Source: Bdellovibrionales bacterium (lineage in GTDB: Bacteria > Bdellovibrionota > Bdellovibrionia > Bdellovibrionales > CAYMLA01). Taken from it: a stretch of DNA of 64,000 nt. The position numbers and the translations under genes are program-made. Positions 1 through 9,178 of this stretch are shown here, piece after piece. How positions within the stretch are numbered: the stretch's first letter is position 1; every line of letters begins with the position of its first letter. The DNA lies in NCBI GenBank assembly GCA_965217115.1, contig OZ244239.1, positions 800,001-864,000 on the forward strand, read 5' to 3'. The notes beneath the pieces are model-generated. The model made no database searches and was not told where the DNA came from. It saw nothing but the letters and a program-made list of their open reading frames with translations.

Positions 1-1942
1 CAGGCCTAAAACCCGATTCATAAACAGTTAACAGCTTCTCTGGAATTTCCAATAGAAATCTCGAAGCAACAGACGGACTCATCTTACCAAATCTTTTACG
101 CTGACATGAACGTGTTATAATAAGTCTCTTCATAGCCCTCGTCACGCCCACATAGAAAAGTCTTCTCTCCTCATCGATATCTCCCCCTAAACGCCTGTGG
201 GGAATAATATCCTCTTCAACTCCGACCATAAAGACAACTGGGTACTCCAATCCCTTACAAGCATGGAAAGTTAAAAGCTGCACCTCAGATTTAGCCTCTG
301 AATTTCCGTCCTCTATTTTATCTCGCAACTCCATGCTATCAATAAACTTTCTCACAGCCCGAATATCTTTGCCTTCCTTCTCGATATAGTTTTCTGCAAC
401 ACGGGAGAAAATCTCAATCATATTCCATTTTTTTTCTCCCATTGATGAGCCTTTGCTGTTTTGAAATACAAATTGGTAATAACCAAAATCTCTCATGATC
501 TGAATCACCTCATCGGCAATACTCTCTCTGGCATTTAACAACCTCTCTGGTATTTTCTTCAAGCCTTCCAATAGTGTTTCAATATTCTCACCAGCTCTGG
601 AATCCACCCCTGCCTCTCTCCATTTTTTTGTCGCTGCAAAGAAAGTCAGTTTCTGAGCTTGAGCCAATAGCTCTATTTTGCCAATACTCACATCTCCGAC
701 TCCACGGGCTGGAGTGTTTAATATTCGACGGAAAGCCACTTCATGGGGGGCGGTACCACAACGCAAATACGCCAGAATATCCTTAATCTCACGACGGTCA
801 AAAAAAGCTGTGCCTCCCGACAATGAATAGGGAACCGAGTGATGCCGTAACCCTCCCTCTAACAAACCTCCCTGACCATTAGAACGATACAAAACAGCCA
901 TATCTCGATAATCATAACCCTTCTTATAAAAATACAGAATCTGCTGAACAATTTGTTCTGACTCCATCTCTTCATTCTCATACACGAAAACTTCAGGCTT
1001 TTCCCCTTTTTCCATATTAGGATCTGGGCGCAAAACCTTATCATGCCTCTTTGTGTTTTTTTGAATCACACTATTGGCTACATTCAAAATCGTCGGCACC
1101 GAACGATAGTTCCTCTCCAAACGCACAACCTTGCATTTATCAAAAAGCCGAGGGAAGTTGAGAATATTATTTATCTCTGCCCCTCTCCAACCATAAATAG
1201 ACTGATCATCATCACCCACGACAGTGATGTTCATATGGGACATCGTGAGTTTTTTGATCAATTTCATCTGCACACGATTTGTATCCTGAAACTCATCCAC
1301 CATCACCTGCTTAAATCGCCTCTGGCATTCCTCTAAAACTTCAGGATGACTCGCAAATATCTCAAGAGGCTTTAAGAGAAGCCCGTCAAAGTCCACCACT
1401 CCTAAAGCTCGCAAGCGAGAAATGTAACGGGGCAAAATAACTTCGGCAGCCTCTGCATACTCGTCTGCCACCCCCTCCAAGACTCGTCCCAGGGCCCGAA
1501 GATCCCCCATAATTAAAAGTAATTTGTCTATATCGAAATCTTGCTTTGCGTAATGTTTAAAATTCTTAAGAACATCTTTTACCACGGCTTGAGCATCAGA
1601 AGAGTCAATCACACCAAAGTACTTAGGCAGTTCAGCTTGTTTATGATATTTTCGCAATAATTGTAAACCAAAGGAATGAAAAGTTCCTGCCCAAATACTC
1701 TGAGCCGAATCACCTATTTTTTTTTGAACTCGCTCTTTGATCTCTCTGGCCGCTTTATTGGTAAAGGTCAATAGGCATATCTCTTTAGGGCTAACAGCTC
1801 CTTCGGCGATCAACCGACCTGTGCGTGCGACAAGAACTGTGGTCTTTCCAGAACCTGCTCCTGCAAGAATCAATAACGGACCCTCATTATGCTCCATCGC
1901 TTCTCTTTGCTCAGGATTCATACTCTCTTCCCAAATTGACAC
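1..1942 (-). CDS. ATP-dependent DNA helicase, UvrD/Rep/PcrA family (3' end runs off window)
   Basis: Not in the ORF track; translated by hand from GTG at 1942: MSIWEESMNPEQREAMEHNEGPLLILAGAGSGKTT... with motifs TFTNKAA, GTFHSFG, VDEFQD, VGDDDQSIY, TFHACKGLEYP, EERRLFYVGVTRA. Confidence 0.93.
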   Translation of the reverse strand, partial: MSIWEESMNPEQREAMEHNEGPLLILAGAGSGKTTVLVARTGRLIAEGAVSPKEICLLTFTNKAAREIKERVQKKIGDSAQSIWAGTFHSFGLQLLRKYHKQAELPKYFGVIDSSDAQAVVKDVLKNFKHYAKQDFDIDKLLLIMGDLRALGRVLEGVADEYAEAAEVILPRYISRLRALGVVDFDGLLLKPLEIFASHPEVLEECQRRFKQVMVDEFQDTNRVQMKLIKKLTMSHMNITVVGDDDQSIYGWRGAEINNILNFPRLFDKCKVVRLERNYRSVPTILNVANSVIQKNTKRHDKVLRPDPNMEKGEKPEVFVYENEEMESEQIVQQILYFYKKGYDYRDMAVLYRSNGQGGLLEGGLRHHSVPYSLSGGTAFFDRREIKDILAYLRCGTAPHEVAFRRILNTPARGVGDVSIGKIELLAQAQKLTFFAATKKWREAGVDSRAGENIETLLEGLKKIPERLLNARESIADEVIQIMRDFGYYQFVFQNSKGSSMGEKKWNMIEIFSRVAENYIEKEGKDIRAVRKFIDSMELRDKIEDGNSEAKSEVQLLTFHACKGLEYPVVFMVGVEEDIIPHRRLGGDIDEERRLFYVGVTRAMKRLIITRSCQRKRFGKMSPSVASRFLLEIPEKLLTVYESGFRP

Positions 1943-1966
1943 GGCTAACACCTTATTTTCTATGTA

Positions 1967-2764
1967 TTAAAGAATAGAAAAACTCACCTTAACAGCAAGT
2001 CCTAAAAGTAAACTCCCCAAAATCCAACAACGGGTCTGTGGACATAGTTTCTCTTGATACTTCACCCCTAACGTCCCCGTTAAATAAGACCCACAGACAA
2101 TACCTAACATCGCGTCCAAGTGAACACTTCCCCAAGTTGGCCAGCTCACTGGCTCCCCCACTGTGTAACCTAAAACTCCTAACAAAGATGTTAAAATCAT
2201 CGCTCCATTGACGGTCGGTGAAATGTTTTTTTCCTCTAACACTCCAGCACTTAAAAGCAAAGGAGACATCACCGATCCCCCACCCAAACCTGTAAACCCA
2301 GAGACAGCTCCTGACAAGCTTCCAACAAAACCAGAAAAAATCTTTCCAGGTTTTTTGACACCCGTTTGCTCTGGCACTTTATAGCGACCAGTGTAACGAC
2401 TATAACCTCCTAAGAGAGTTCGCACCGACGCCAACAATAAGACCAACACTAAAGCTCCATACAAAACGTCTTCAGAAAAATAAGCTGTGGCTCTTGCTGC
2501 TATATAGGCTGTTATCCCTGAACTTATTCCCAATAAAAGAGAATGACTAAACATCACTGATTTTTTTCTAGAAAAACGCAGGGTATTTATACTCACAACA
2601 AGAAAAACGGAGCACAAGCTTGTCGCAATAACTTCCCGTGCAGACAATCCTGGGACAAAAACGGGGAGCAAGGGAACGATAATAATTCCGCCTCCTAGAC
2701 CCAAAAAGCTGGAAATAATCCCAACCACTAAACCTAATCCACATCCGATAATTAAAATTTCCAC
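1967..2764 (-). CDS. sulfite exporter TauE/SafE family membrane protein
   Basis: Two repeated GLGGG motifs in a hydrophobic multi-TM protein. Confidence 0.85.
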   Translation of the reverse strand: MEILIIGCGLGLVVGIISSFLGLGGGIIIVPLLPVFVPGLSAREVIATSLCSVFLVVSINTLRFSRKKSVMFSHSLLLGISSGITAYIAARATAYFSEDVLYGALVLVLLLASVRTLLGGYSRYTGRYKVPEQTGVKKPGKIFSGFVGSLSGAVSGFTGLGGGSVMSPLLLSAGVLEEKNISPTVNGAMILTSLLGVLGYTVGEPVSWPTWGSVHLDAMLGIVCGSYLTGTLGVKYQEKLCPQTRCWILGSLLLGLAVKVSFSIL

Positions 2765-2789
2765 GGCTTATCTATTCATACGACAAATG

Positions 2790-3200
2790 CTAAAGACGAT
2801 TATGAACAAGGTTCTTAAATGATTCAGGAAACATCACCTCTATACTGTTGGCGCTCTTCTCTGTCACAAGTCCCAAACCAAATTTAGGATGGTTAATAAC
2901 TGTATCCACTTTAAAAGACCCTTTCATACTATAGGATTCAGTTTTTGTGCTCTCTGCTTTGTCCATCAATTGCTGATAAGAGTCTTCGTGACTCACCTTT
3001 TTAGTGACTTTACGCTTTGTTACCGCTTTTTTCTTGGTCGTCGTTAATTTAAAGGTCTTCTTACCTCCACAAACTTCACATTCAATTTTAGCTGCAATTT
3101 CAGACGAGTGGCTCAAAACCTTGTGATAACGTTCGACTTCACATTTTTTACAATCTGTATAAAAGCTACTGGCGACCTCAGGTAATTTTGTTAATTTCAC
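2790..3200 (-). CDS. conserved hypothetical protein, CxxC..CxxC zinc ribbon plus C-terminal HPKFGLG motif
   Basis: CKKC...CEVC, Lys-rich linker, HPKFGLGLV; GAGGAG RBS upstream. Confidence 0.75.
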   Translation of the reverse strand: MKLTKLPEVASSFYTDCKKCEVERYHKVLSHSSEIAAKIECEVCGGKKTFKLTTTKKKAVTKRKVTKKVSHEDSYQQLMDKAESTKTESYSMKGSFKVDTVINHPKFGLGLVTEKSANSIEVMFPESFKNLVHNRL

Positions 3201-3268
3201 TTCAACTCCTCAGCTATAATCTATAGGGAATTCATACGTTAACACTATACCGCCAAGAAGCTCTATTC

Positions 3269-4156
3269 TCAACGTTCCTTTTGCTTATAAATAGTTAACG
3301 GAGCGTCAAGAGACTTCTCGCCAATCTCCTTAGCTCTAAGGAAAAAAGGGCCTTCTTTTCTCTCCAAAAGTCTTTGAAATTCATTAAGACTTTTGTCAGT
3401 TTTTGGGTCTACAAGCAGCTCTGTTCTATCAAAATACTTTTCAAAGCGCTCATTGCCCGTCTTCATAAAATAATACTCCCAACAACCTGCATCTACAACA
3501 GAGCGATAGGTAAAGGTATGGGCATAGGAATGCACTGGTGTATAGGCCGTTAGTATCTCAAACCAACCATAACGGCTATGGAGCTTAATTGCTGGACTTT
3601 TCCACTGCGTCACTCCCACGCAAGTCTGTACATTGGCATACCACAAACCAAATGCCTTTGTTAAAAAGCCTAACCCCGGCAGCTTATCTTCTTGGTCCAA
3701 CATCGAATTTATTGAACACAGGTTATGGGCGACCCACTCGCCTTCACCAATGGAGGGAATCAAGATAAATAACGACAAAGGAACCCATTCTCCATCCTTA
3801 GCCTGCAAAAGACGCTTTTTTATGTTTTCAGGCAAACTCCCGTAACGGGCAGCAAACCCCGTCACAAACCCTGGAACCAAGGCACAATCGTAGAACACCC
3901 AACGTGGCATCGCCATAGACGACGGGCCAAAAGCTGTATTCTCCAAATGATATATGTGCTCTGAAAATTTCACATCTTTAGCGCGGAAGGGGTCCAAGAA
4001 AATAGGATCGAAATTAAACCAAGATAATTTATGAACACTTCCTGGACGCACAATTTGATGCTCTTCCCGAATATAAACATAGGGCCGTATTTCTAATGTC
4101 TCTAACCAAGCTGCTCTCTCTTGAAACACGGTGATATTCCCTAAATAACTCCTCAC
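3269..4156 (-). CDS. hypothetical protein
   Basis: 295-aa ORF with globular composition, co-oriented with neighbours. Confidence 0.7.
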   Translation of the reverse strand: MRSYLGNITVFQERAAWLETLEIRPYVYIREEHQIVRPGSVHKLSWFNFDPIFLDPFRAKDVKFSEHIYHLENTAFGPSSMAMPRWVFYDCALVPGFVTGFAARYGSLPENIKKRLLQAKDGEWVPLSLFILIPSIGEGEWVAHNLCSINSMLDQEDKLPGLGFLTKAFGLWYANVQTCVGVTQWKSPAIKLHSRYGWFEILTAYTPVHSYAHTFTYRSVVDAGCWEYYFMKTGNERFEKYFDRTELLVDPKTDKSLNEFQRLLERKEGPFFLRAKEIGEKSLDAPLTIYKQKER

Positions 4157-4307
4157 TCAACTCTGATTGGGCGAGGACGTTTCTACTCATCAAGCATCTC
4201 TGCCATTTAATATTAGCAACTAATATATTAAAAGCAAAAAAAATGTCAATACCGTTTCTCTAGATATTCCCTACATGCCTGCAAGAAATAAAAGCGATCT
4301 TTAAACC

Positions 4308-5129
4308 CTAAGTCCAATCAAATAAATCAAACGACAACTGATAAGTCTTCTTAGGGGGAGCTTCTCGAGAGATTTTTTCAACCTTTTTTATGAAGGAGCT
4401 AAACTCGTCTTTTATGATATCAAAAGTTTTTTCATCAGCTACGAATGTCGTCATAAATGATTTCTTTCGTTTTTCAGAAATTTTCCCTAAAAAAGTGAGA
4501 GTGAGTTGCTTGAGGTTCAACTGGTGTGCTCTCATTAATTGATTGTCATCCCTGAAGTACAATCTTGGTGTATTAACCTTTTTTATGTTGAATTTACCCT
4601 CACCTCTTTGGATAAAGCCAATTTTCTCAATTTTATTCAGAATAGCATCCAATTGGTCCACCTCTAACCCCAAAATGGGAAGGAGTTTGCGAGGGTCCTT
4701 CTTGTATAAGAGTATACTCAGCGAGGAAAGTACAATTGTCGCATAGGGATCTAACATAAAATCTGTTTCGTAGAGAAAATTAGATTCAAGCTTCCCCCTC
4801 TCTTCGGTCTCGGCGAACTCCTGATTTAAAATGGCAGCTATTTGCTGGGAGGCTTCCTCCTTTCTTAATCTACTTGTCGATCCCTCTAATATTCTTAAAT
4901 TCATTAATAATTGAATTTTTAATTCTGGGAATTCCAGATAGTGTAGAGCTTCAAAAAGTATATCTTCTTTTAAATGCTCATCTTCAGAATTGAGGATTCG
5001 GGAGAGATAGGTGTATTGAATTTGCAGATGCTGGGCCAATTTTTTCAATGTAATAGGATGGCGCAATCGTTTTTTCAAATGATTGAGGCGTGTTTTTACT
5101 TCACTCTTGTAGTTCATCTGACTAGACAT
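4308..5129 (-). CDS. TIGR02147/DUF4423-like HTH protein
   Basis: N-terminal HTH (LKKLAQHLQIQYTYLSRILN), C-terminal TFVAD...IKDEFSSF...YQLSFDLF pattern. Confidence 0.7.
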   Translation of the reverse strand: MSSQMNYKSEVKTRLNHLKKRLRHPITLKKLAQHLQIQYTYLSRILNSEDEHLKEDILFEALHYLEFPELKIQLLMNLRILEGSTSRLRKEEASQQIAAILNQEFAETEERGKLESNFLYETDFMLDPYATIVLSSLSILLYKKDPRKLLPILGLEVDQLDAILNKIEKIGFIQRGEGKFNIKKVNTPRLYFRDDNQLMRAHQLNLKQLTLTFLGKISEKRKKSFMTTFVADEKTFDIIKDEFSSFIKKVEKISREAPPKKTYQLSFDLFDWT

Positions 5130-5241
5130 ATTATGATAATCTATAACTAAATAGCTGTTTTTGCAAATATTGGAAATATTCTTTTACGATAATTTATAAG
5201 ATTCTTCCTTCAAGAACTTAACCACGGAAAAGGAGAAGACA

Positions 5242-5742
5242 ATGAACAAACTAATTTTAACCCTTATTTTAGCCGCCACATCGAGTGCTTTTGCAGAGAG
5301 AGGAGAACGTATTTTTGGGCTTCAGTTTCAACAACCAGCCAAGAGCAAAGTCTACGTATCCAAGGGAAAAACCTGTTCCCAGCGTTTTAGTGGTGTTTAC
5401 AGAGGACAGTGCACTGGAGAAGCCAGAGAACGCACCCTTGAAATCCAACAGGAAGGATGCAGCTCGATCAGCATTGACGGGGAGCGTCGTCTCATTGGAA
5501 GTATTAACTCCAAGACGAAAATATCCAATGAACAGGTCATAAGTTCCATCGAAAGCATTCGGTGGAATGACGCAGGAGATGAGCTTGAAATCAACTATTT
5601 TGCTCAGCAAAAATTCAATGGTGGTATATTGCCTTTAATGATGGTCGCTAGTATATCATTAAACCCTAGTGGCAATGTGCTTTCCATTGGAGGAAGAAAT
5701 CCTTTTGGCGAAATCTTCGAATGTACATATATCAAAAATTAA
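5242..5742 (+). CDS. secreted hypothetical protein
   Basis: AGGAG RBS, signal peptide MNKLILTLILAATSSAFA, four Cys. Confidence 0.8.
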   Translation: MNKLILTLILAATSSAFAERGERIFGLQFQQPAKSKVYVSKGKTCSQRFSGVYRGQCTGEARERTLEIQQEGCSSISIDGERRLIGSINSKTKISNEQVISSIESIRWNDAGDELEINYFAQQKFNGGILPLMMVASISLNPSGNVLSIGGRNPFGEIFECTYIKN

Positions 5743-5753
5743 CATCGAACGAA

Positions 5754-5785
5754 AGGCTGTGCCGTCCTTAAAGACGGCCAGCGCC
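5754..5785 (+). terminator. GC-rich stem-loop between the two secreted genes
   Basis: GCCGTC-cttaaa-GACGGC core with extendable stem; no clear U-tract. Confidence 0.35.
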
Positions 5786-5804
5786 TAATCTAATTGAGGT
5801 TATA

Positions 5805-6935
5805 ATGTTTAAACTATTCTTAGGAAGCCTATTCCTTTTATTTTCCACTTCAGCACTCGCAAGTAATGGTTGGGTCGCATCTGGTGGAGATCTTATTGAA
5901 GACGCAATGAACCCTTGGTGGATTCAAAATAAAAAAGAGCTCAAGTATTGTATTCGTATTGACTCTAAATCGACTTCTGCCACTAAAAAAGATATCAATT
6001 TTATTACATCCAGAGTTCTTCAAAACTGGCTGAATGAATGGAGTTATTTTTTTAACAACAGAGATAGCTCTTTTGAAATAGGAAGTCAGACATTAATAAA
6101 AGTTGAATGCAGCCAAGAGAATGATCTCGCTTTTTATTTTGGTTGGAATTCTTTAAGCTTAGACAAAAAAAACTATATCCGCCAATCGAGAAACCCTAAA
6201 TCGATAATAGGTCTTGCTGTTCGCACTCACTATGACAGAAAAAAATTAATAGGAAAAGGGTTTATCTTTGTTGGTTCCGATACAGGGCCTGATAAATTTA
6301 CACAGAAAGGATTATACCCACAACCTTGGAGACACAAGGCTCTGCTCACCTCTGTGCTTGCCCATGAACTTGCCCATGTGTTTGGACTTAAACACTCTGA
6401 TCTTTTTCACGGCCTTATGGGTGCGGGTTTTTTGACCATGCTTCTTAAGAAAAAATCTGTGGAGTATATGAAAGTCTTTGGAACTCTAAATGAGTATCAA
6501 GATTTTCCATATTTTAGCGAAAATAAATCTTATAAACTCAAATCTGGTCGGGTGAAAAATGTTTTTGGCAAAGTTAACGTTAAAAACCTCAAAATAGTTC
6601 CCCATCCCCATGATCCATACCGTTTTTCTCTGTATGAAGAGTCTTCTGGTTACGACCTGTTGACCCATACATTAGAACTTACCTCATTGCATAGAACGAT
6701 TCCTTTGGGAGGGTTTTCATTGTATCTAACAGACCAACAGGTCGTTTTCCCCAAGGAAGAGGGGGTGATCCTTATTCCATTGAATTTTTCAGATGAGGGC
6801 CAGGCCATTGTTAAATCAGTTTCTGGTGGAACTCGGAAAAATGTCTATTTAAAGAAAAATTTCGATTCAATCACCTTGCTTAACTATGAAAACGGAAATT
6901 ACCATAAAATTGTCTTTTCCAATCAAAAGCCCTAA
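5805..6935 (+). CDS. secreted zinc metalloprotease (metzincin-type)
   Basis: Signal peptide; HELAHVFGLKH = HExxHxxGxxH followed by GLM Met-turn candidate. Confidence 0.8.
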   Translation: MFKLFLGSLFLLFSTSALASNGWVASGGDLIEDAMNPWWIQNKKELKYCIRIDSKSTSATKKDINFITSRVLQNWLNEWSYFFNNRDSSFEIGSQTLIKVECSQENDLAFYFGWNSLSLDKKNYIRQSRNPKSIIGLAVRTHYDRKKLIGKGFIFVGSDTGPDKFTQKGLYPQPWRHKALLTSVLAHELAHVFGLKHSDLFHGLMGAGFLTMLLKKKSVEYMKVFGTLNEYQDFPYFSENKSYKLKSGRVKNVFGKVNVKNLKIVPHPHDPYRFSLYEESSGYDLLTHTLELTSLHRTIPLGGFSLYLTDQQVVFPKEEGVILIPLNFSDEGQAIVKSVSGGTRKNVYLKKNFDSITLLNYENGNYHKIVFSNQKP

Positions 6936-6945
6936 CTCTCTATGA

Positions 6946-7290
6946 GATTCTTTATGACAAACAATAGTGGAGTCAGTTTTTTTCTGATGACCTTTTTTTT
7001 CTAGAGTCTCTCCCAAAAGAATCCAGCCCTTTTCTTGCTCAAATATTCGTTTGTCACCTTCCATTGCAGAGAAATGCAATGGAAGTCGCCAAGCCAAACT
7101 CGCCGAAAAGAACTGGATTCTTTTGGGAGAGACTCTAGAAAAAAATGCCCTATTCAATCAATGAGTTAATGGATCTCTTTCTATGACTGACCTCCATGTA
7201 TAACAACGCTGTTATCCATGGATAGTTTTAGAAAGAGAGCCCTCAAGATGGGTCTCTTGGGAACAGCTCCACTATTTATCACAAAGAACT
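6946..7290 (+). mobile_element. MITE-like element copy 1 (345 bp)
   Basis: Imperfect terminal inverted repeats GATTCTTTATGACAAACAATAGTGGAG ... CTCCACTATTTATCACAAAGAACT; 8-bp direct repeat CTCTATGA at 6938-6945 and 7291-7298; three homologous copies elsewhere in the window. Confidence 0.88.
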
Positions 7291-7319
7291 CTCTATGAGA
7301 TGGAAAAGCAGCATTGTGG

Positions 7320-7335
7320 AGGCATAGAGATTGCT
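7320..7335 (+). promoter_or_regulatory. putative sigma-54 (-24/-12) promoter
   Basis: aGGCATAGAGATTGCt = GG-N10-GC with TTGC, 13 bp before the first ATG of the next ORF. Confidence 0.5.
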
Positions 7336-7347
7336 TTAAATTAGGTC

Positions 7348-8166
7348 ATGATGACCTACATGGTAGCTAAAAGCCGGTACAGGCTGATTTTATTGATCAT
7401 AATCTTGACAGGTGTCACCTCTAATTTGGCACTTGCTGATAACTCATGTCGCTATTTGTTTGCTAATGATGGGAATCTCTCAAGGGCAAATCTCTCAAAT
7501 CGAGAATTGCTGGAGAGAATAGAGAGAATTGTTATTCTTGAGATTAATGGTATAAAGAAAGCCTGTAGTGATATTACAAAAATGTATCCACCAGAAAATC
7601 ACATCTATGTCGGCATAGGCCGTAGCCCAAGCCCTTTTATGGCTTTTTTTCGAGCAAGTGGCTATCAAAACCTTTTCAATCTTCCATTGTCTTTAGTGCT
7701 TCGTCAAACCCTCAAGCCGAAAATTAAGTTTAACCTCTACAAGCATTTTGATCAGTTTTTACCAACACCATCTGAAATCGGAAGTAGGTCACTCCTCTTA
7801 CTGGACTACGTCGTAACTGGAGATTCTTTGTTGGCGGCAAGAGAGTACATTGTGGATTACTATAGAGATCAGGGTGTGAATATTTCGATTCAAATTCTTC
7901 CTATTACAAACTCAAGATTTCTTGTTACAAATGATCAAATCGCCAAAGTAAAGAAAGTCATTATTTCAGAATATATGATAAAAAACAACTTACTAGAGCA
8001 GGCGTATGATAACCTTAGTGAATATAGACGTTACAGGATACATAGTTCTAAAAATCAAAAGAATCTTCACGAAAACCCCAACCCTTATTATCATTATCTA
8101 GTTCAAAGGTTTTCTGAAAAAATTCAGTCAATAGAGACGAAAAAAGAAAACCCTAGGGGAGAGTGA
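7348..8166 (+). CDS. signal-peptide protein with phosphoribosyltransferase-like motif
   Basis: Hydrophobic N-terminus ending ALA-D; IYVGIGRSP and LLLLDYVVTGDSL resemble a PRTase core/PRPP loop. Confidence 0.6.
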   Translation: MMTYMVAKSRYRLILLIIILTGVTSNLALADNSCRYLFANDGNLSRANLSNRELLERIERIVILEINGIKKACSDITKMYPPENHIYVGIGRSPSPFMAFFRASGYQNLFNLPLSLVLRQTLKPKIKFNLYKHFDQFLPTPSEIGSRSLLLLDYVVTGDSLLAAREYIVDYYRDQGVNISIQILPITNSRFLVTNDQIAKVKKVIISEYMIKNNLLEQAYDNLSEYRRYRIHSSKNQKNLHENPNPYYHYLVQRFSEKIQSIETKKENPRGE

Positions 8167-8442
8167 AAAATCTTCTTCTCTCTTAAGCCTATACCAACAA
8201 TGAATATCAATGGGCTTAAAGGATTACAGGAGGTCTTTAGCTCTCTTGGTTTTATTATTTCCATGGTTCCTTACAATCCATCTTGGAGAAAGCAAAGGCT
8301 CTCTTGCAAGAGTTCAAGAAACAGTTTTCAAAGAGATTTCCGACAGAGGTCTCTAGGTTAGGCACCTGCTGCCCTCTTAACCTACTGAAATCACTAGCCT
8401 CTGAAATTCGGTTCCCAGAGGGAGGCAAAGCTTGAACTTTTA

Positions 8443-8474
8443 TTGCAATAAGTATCCCTTTGTGGGATACTTAT
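8443..8474 (+). promoter_or_regulatory. sigma-70-like promoter overlapped by palindromic operator
   Basis: TTGCAA-17-GATACT; perfect 11-bp inverted repeat ATAAGTATCCC-tttgt-GGGATACTTAT at 8448-8474. Confidence 0.65.
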
Positions 8475-8501
8475 GTCTTAGAACCCTATAGGGAAGATGC
8501 C

Positions 8502-8819
8502 ATGAGCACAAAAAAAAATAAAACTCTAGCCAAAGAGGCTATCAGAAAAGTAACAGGACATATCTCGTTCGGTGATATGCTCTGCTCCCATAGAATTAAT
8601 CAAGATATCAGCCAAGTTCAAATGGCGGATAACTTAGGAATCTCCAAGCAAATGCTTTGTAACATCGAAAAAGGACGGAAATTAGTCAGTGTTGAGCGAG
8701 CAGCCTTATTTGCTAAAAAACTAAAAATGCCACCTAAAGTCTTTGCCAAGTACGCACTACAAGATCAACTTATAAGAGCTGGCTTAAAAGGTGAAGTCTC
8801 AATCAACGACGTCGCTTAA
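8502..8819 (+). CDS. XRE-family HTH protein, HigA antitoxin-like
   Basis: SQVQMADNLGISKQMLCNIEKGRK HTH; ATG 8502 preferred over TTG 8460 because the promoter/operator overlaps the latter. Confidence 0.8.
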   Translation: MSTKKNKTLAKEAIRKVTGHISFGDMLCSHRINQDISQVQMADNLGISKQMLCNIEKGRKLVSVERAALFAKKLKMPPKVFAKYALQDQLIRAGLKGEVSINDVA

Positions 8820-8833
8820 ACTCTATTTAACCG

Positions 8834-8920
8834 TGGTGCCTCGAGCGAGAATCGAACTCGCACTCTCATGAAAGAACTGGATTTTGAATCCAACGCGTCT
8901 ACCAATTCCGCCACCGAGGC
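8834..8920 (-). tRNA. tRNA-Leu(CAA), second copy with 3 substitutions
   Basis: 87-nt cloverleaf ending CCA; differs from the 13102-13188 copy by three C>T changes (two give G.U pairs, one lies in the variable loop). Confidence 0.85.
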
Positions 8921-8964
8921 ATTTATGTGGATGCATTATTTCTTTTTCTTTACAGCTTTCTTCT
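8834..8964. repeat. direct repeat of tRNA-Leu plus topA 3' tail (matches 13102-13232)
   Basis: Colinear at offset 4268; includes spacer, topA stop codon and KKAVKKKK* codons. Confidence 0.9.
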
Positions 8965-9178
8965 ATTTACAAATAAGTAATTACAACTCGACTAGATTTA
9001 TCATCTATAGTTTTTCTTGATACTTCATACTTTCTATTTTCAAGTTCCTCTTTACATGGAATACTGTCTTCTTTAAATGAAACCCATAATCCACCTATTG
9101 ATTTATTTTCTAGTTTTTCTTCACATAGTTTTAGAAATTTGTTTGAGCCCCCCCCACTATTTATGTAGAAATAACTTT

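Noticed and set aside
574..1970. Short ORFs 574-786, 859-1044, 1043-1336, 1737-1970
   Set aside because: Shadow frames of the helicase gene, which the track missed because it runs off the window
6867..7157. ORFs within MITE copies (also 28700-28954, 44902-45258)
   Set aside because: They arise on both strands from the palindromic repeat, vary between copies and show no transposase motifs
6936..7300. 12-bp target duplication for MITE copy 1
   Set aside because: Copy 2 fixes the ends two bases further out on each side, giving a consistent 8-bp duplication
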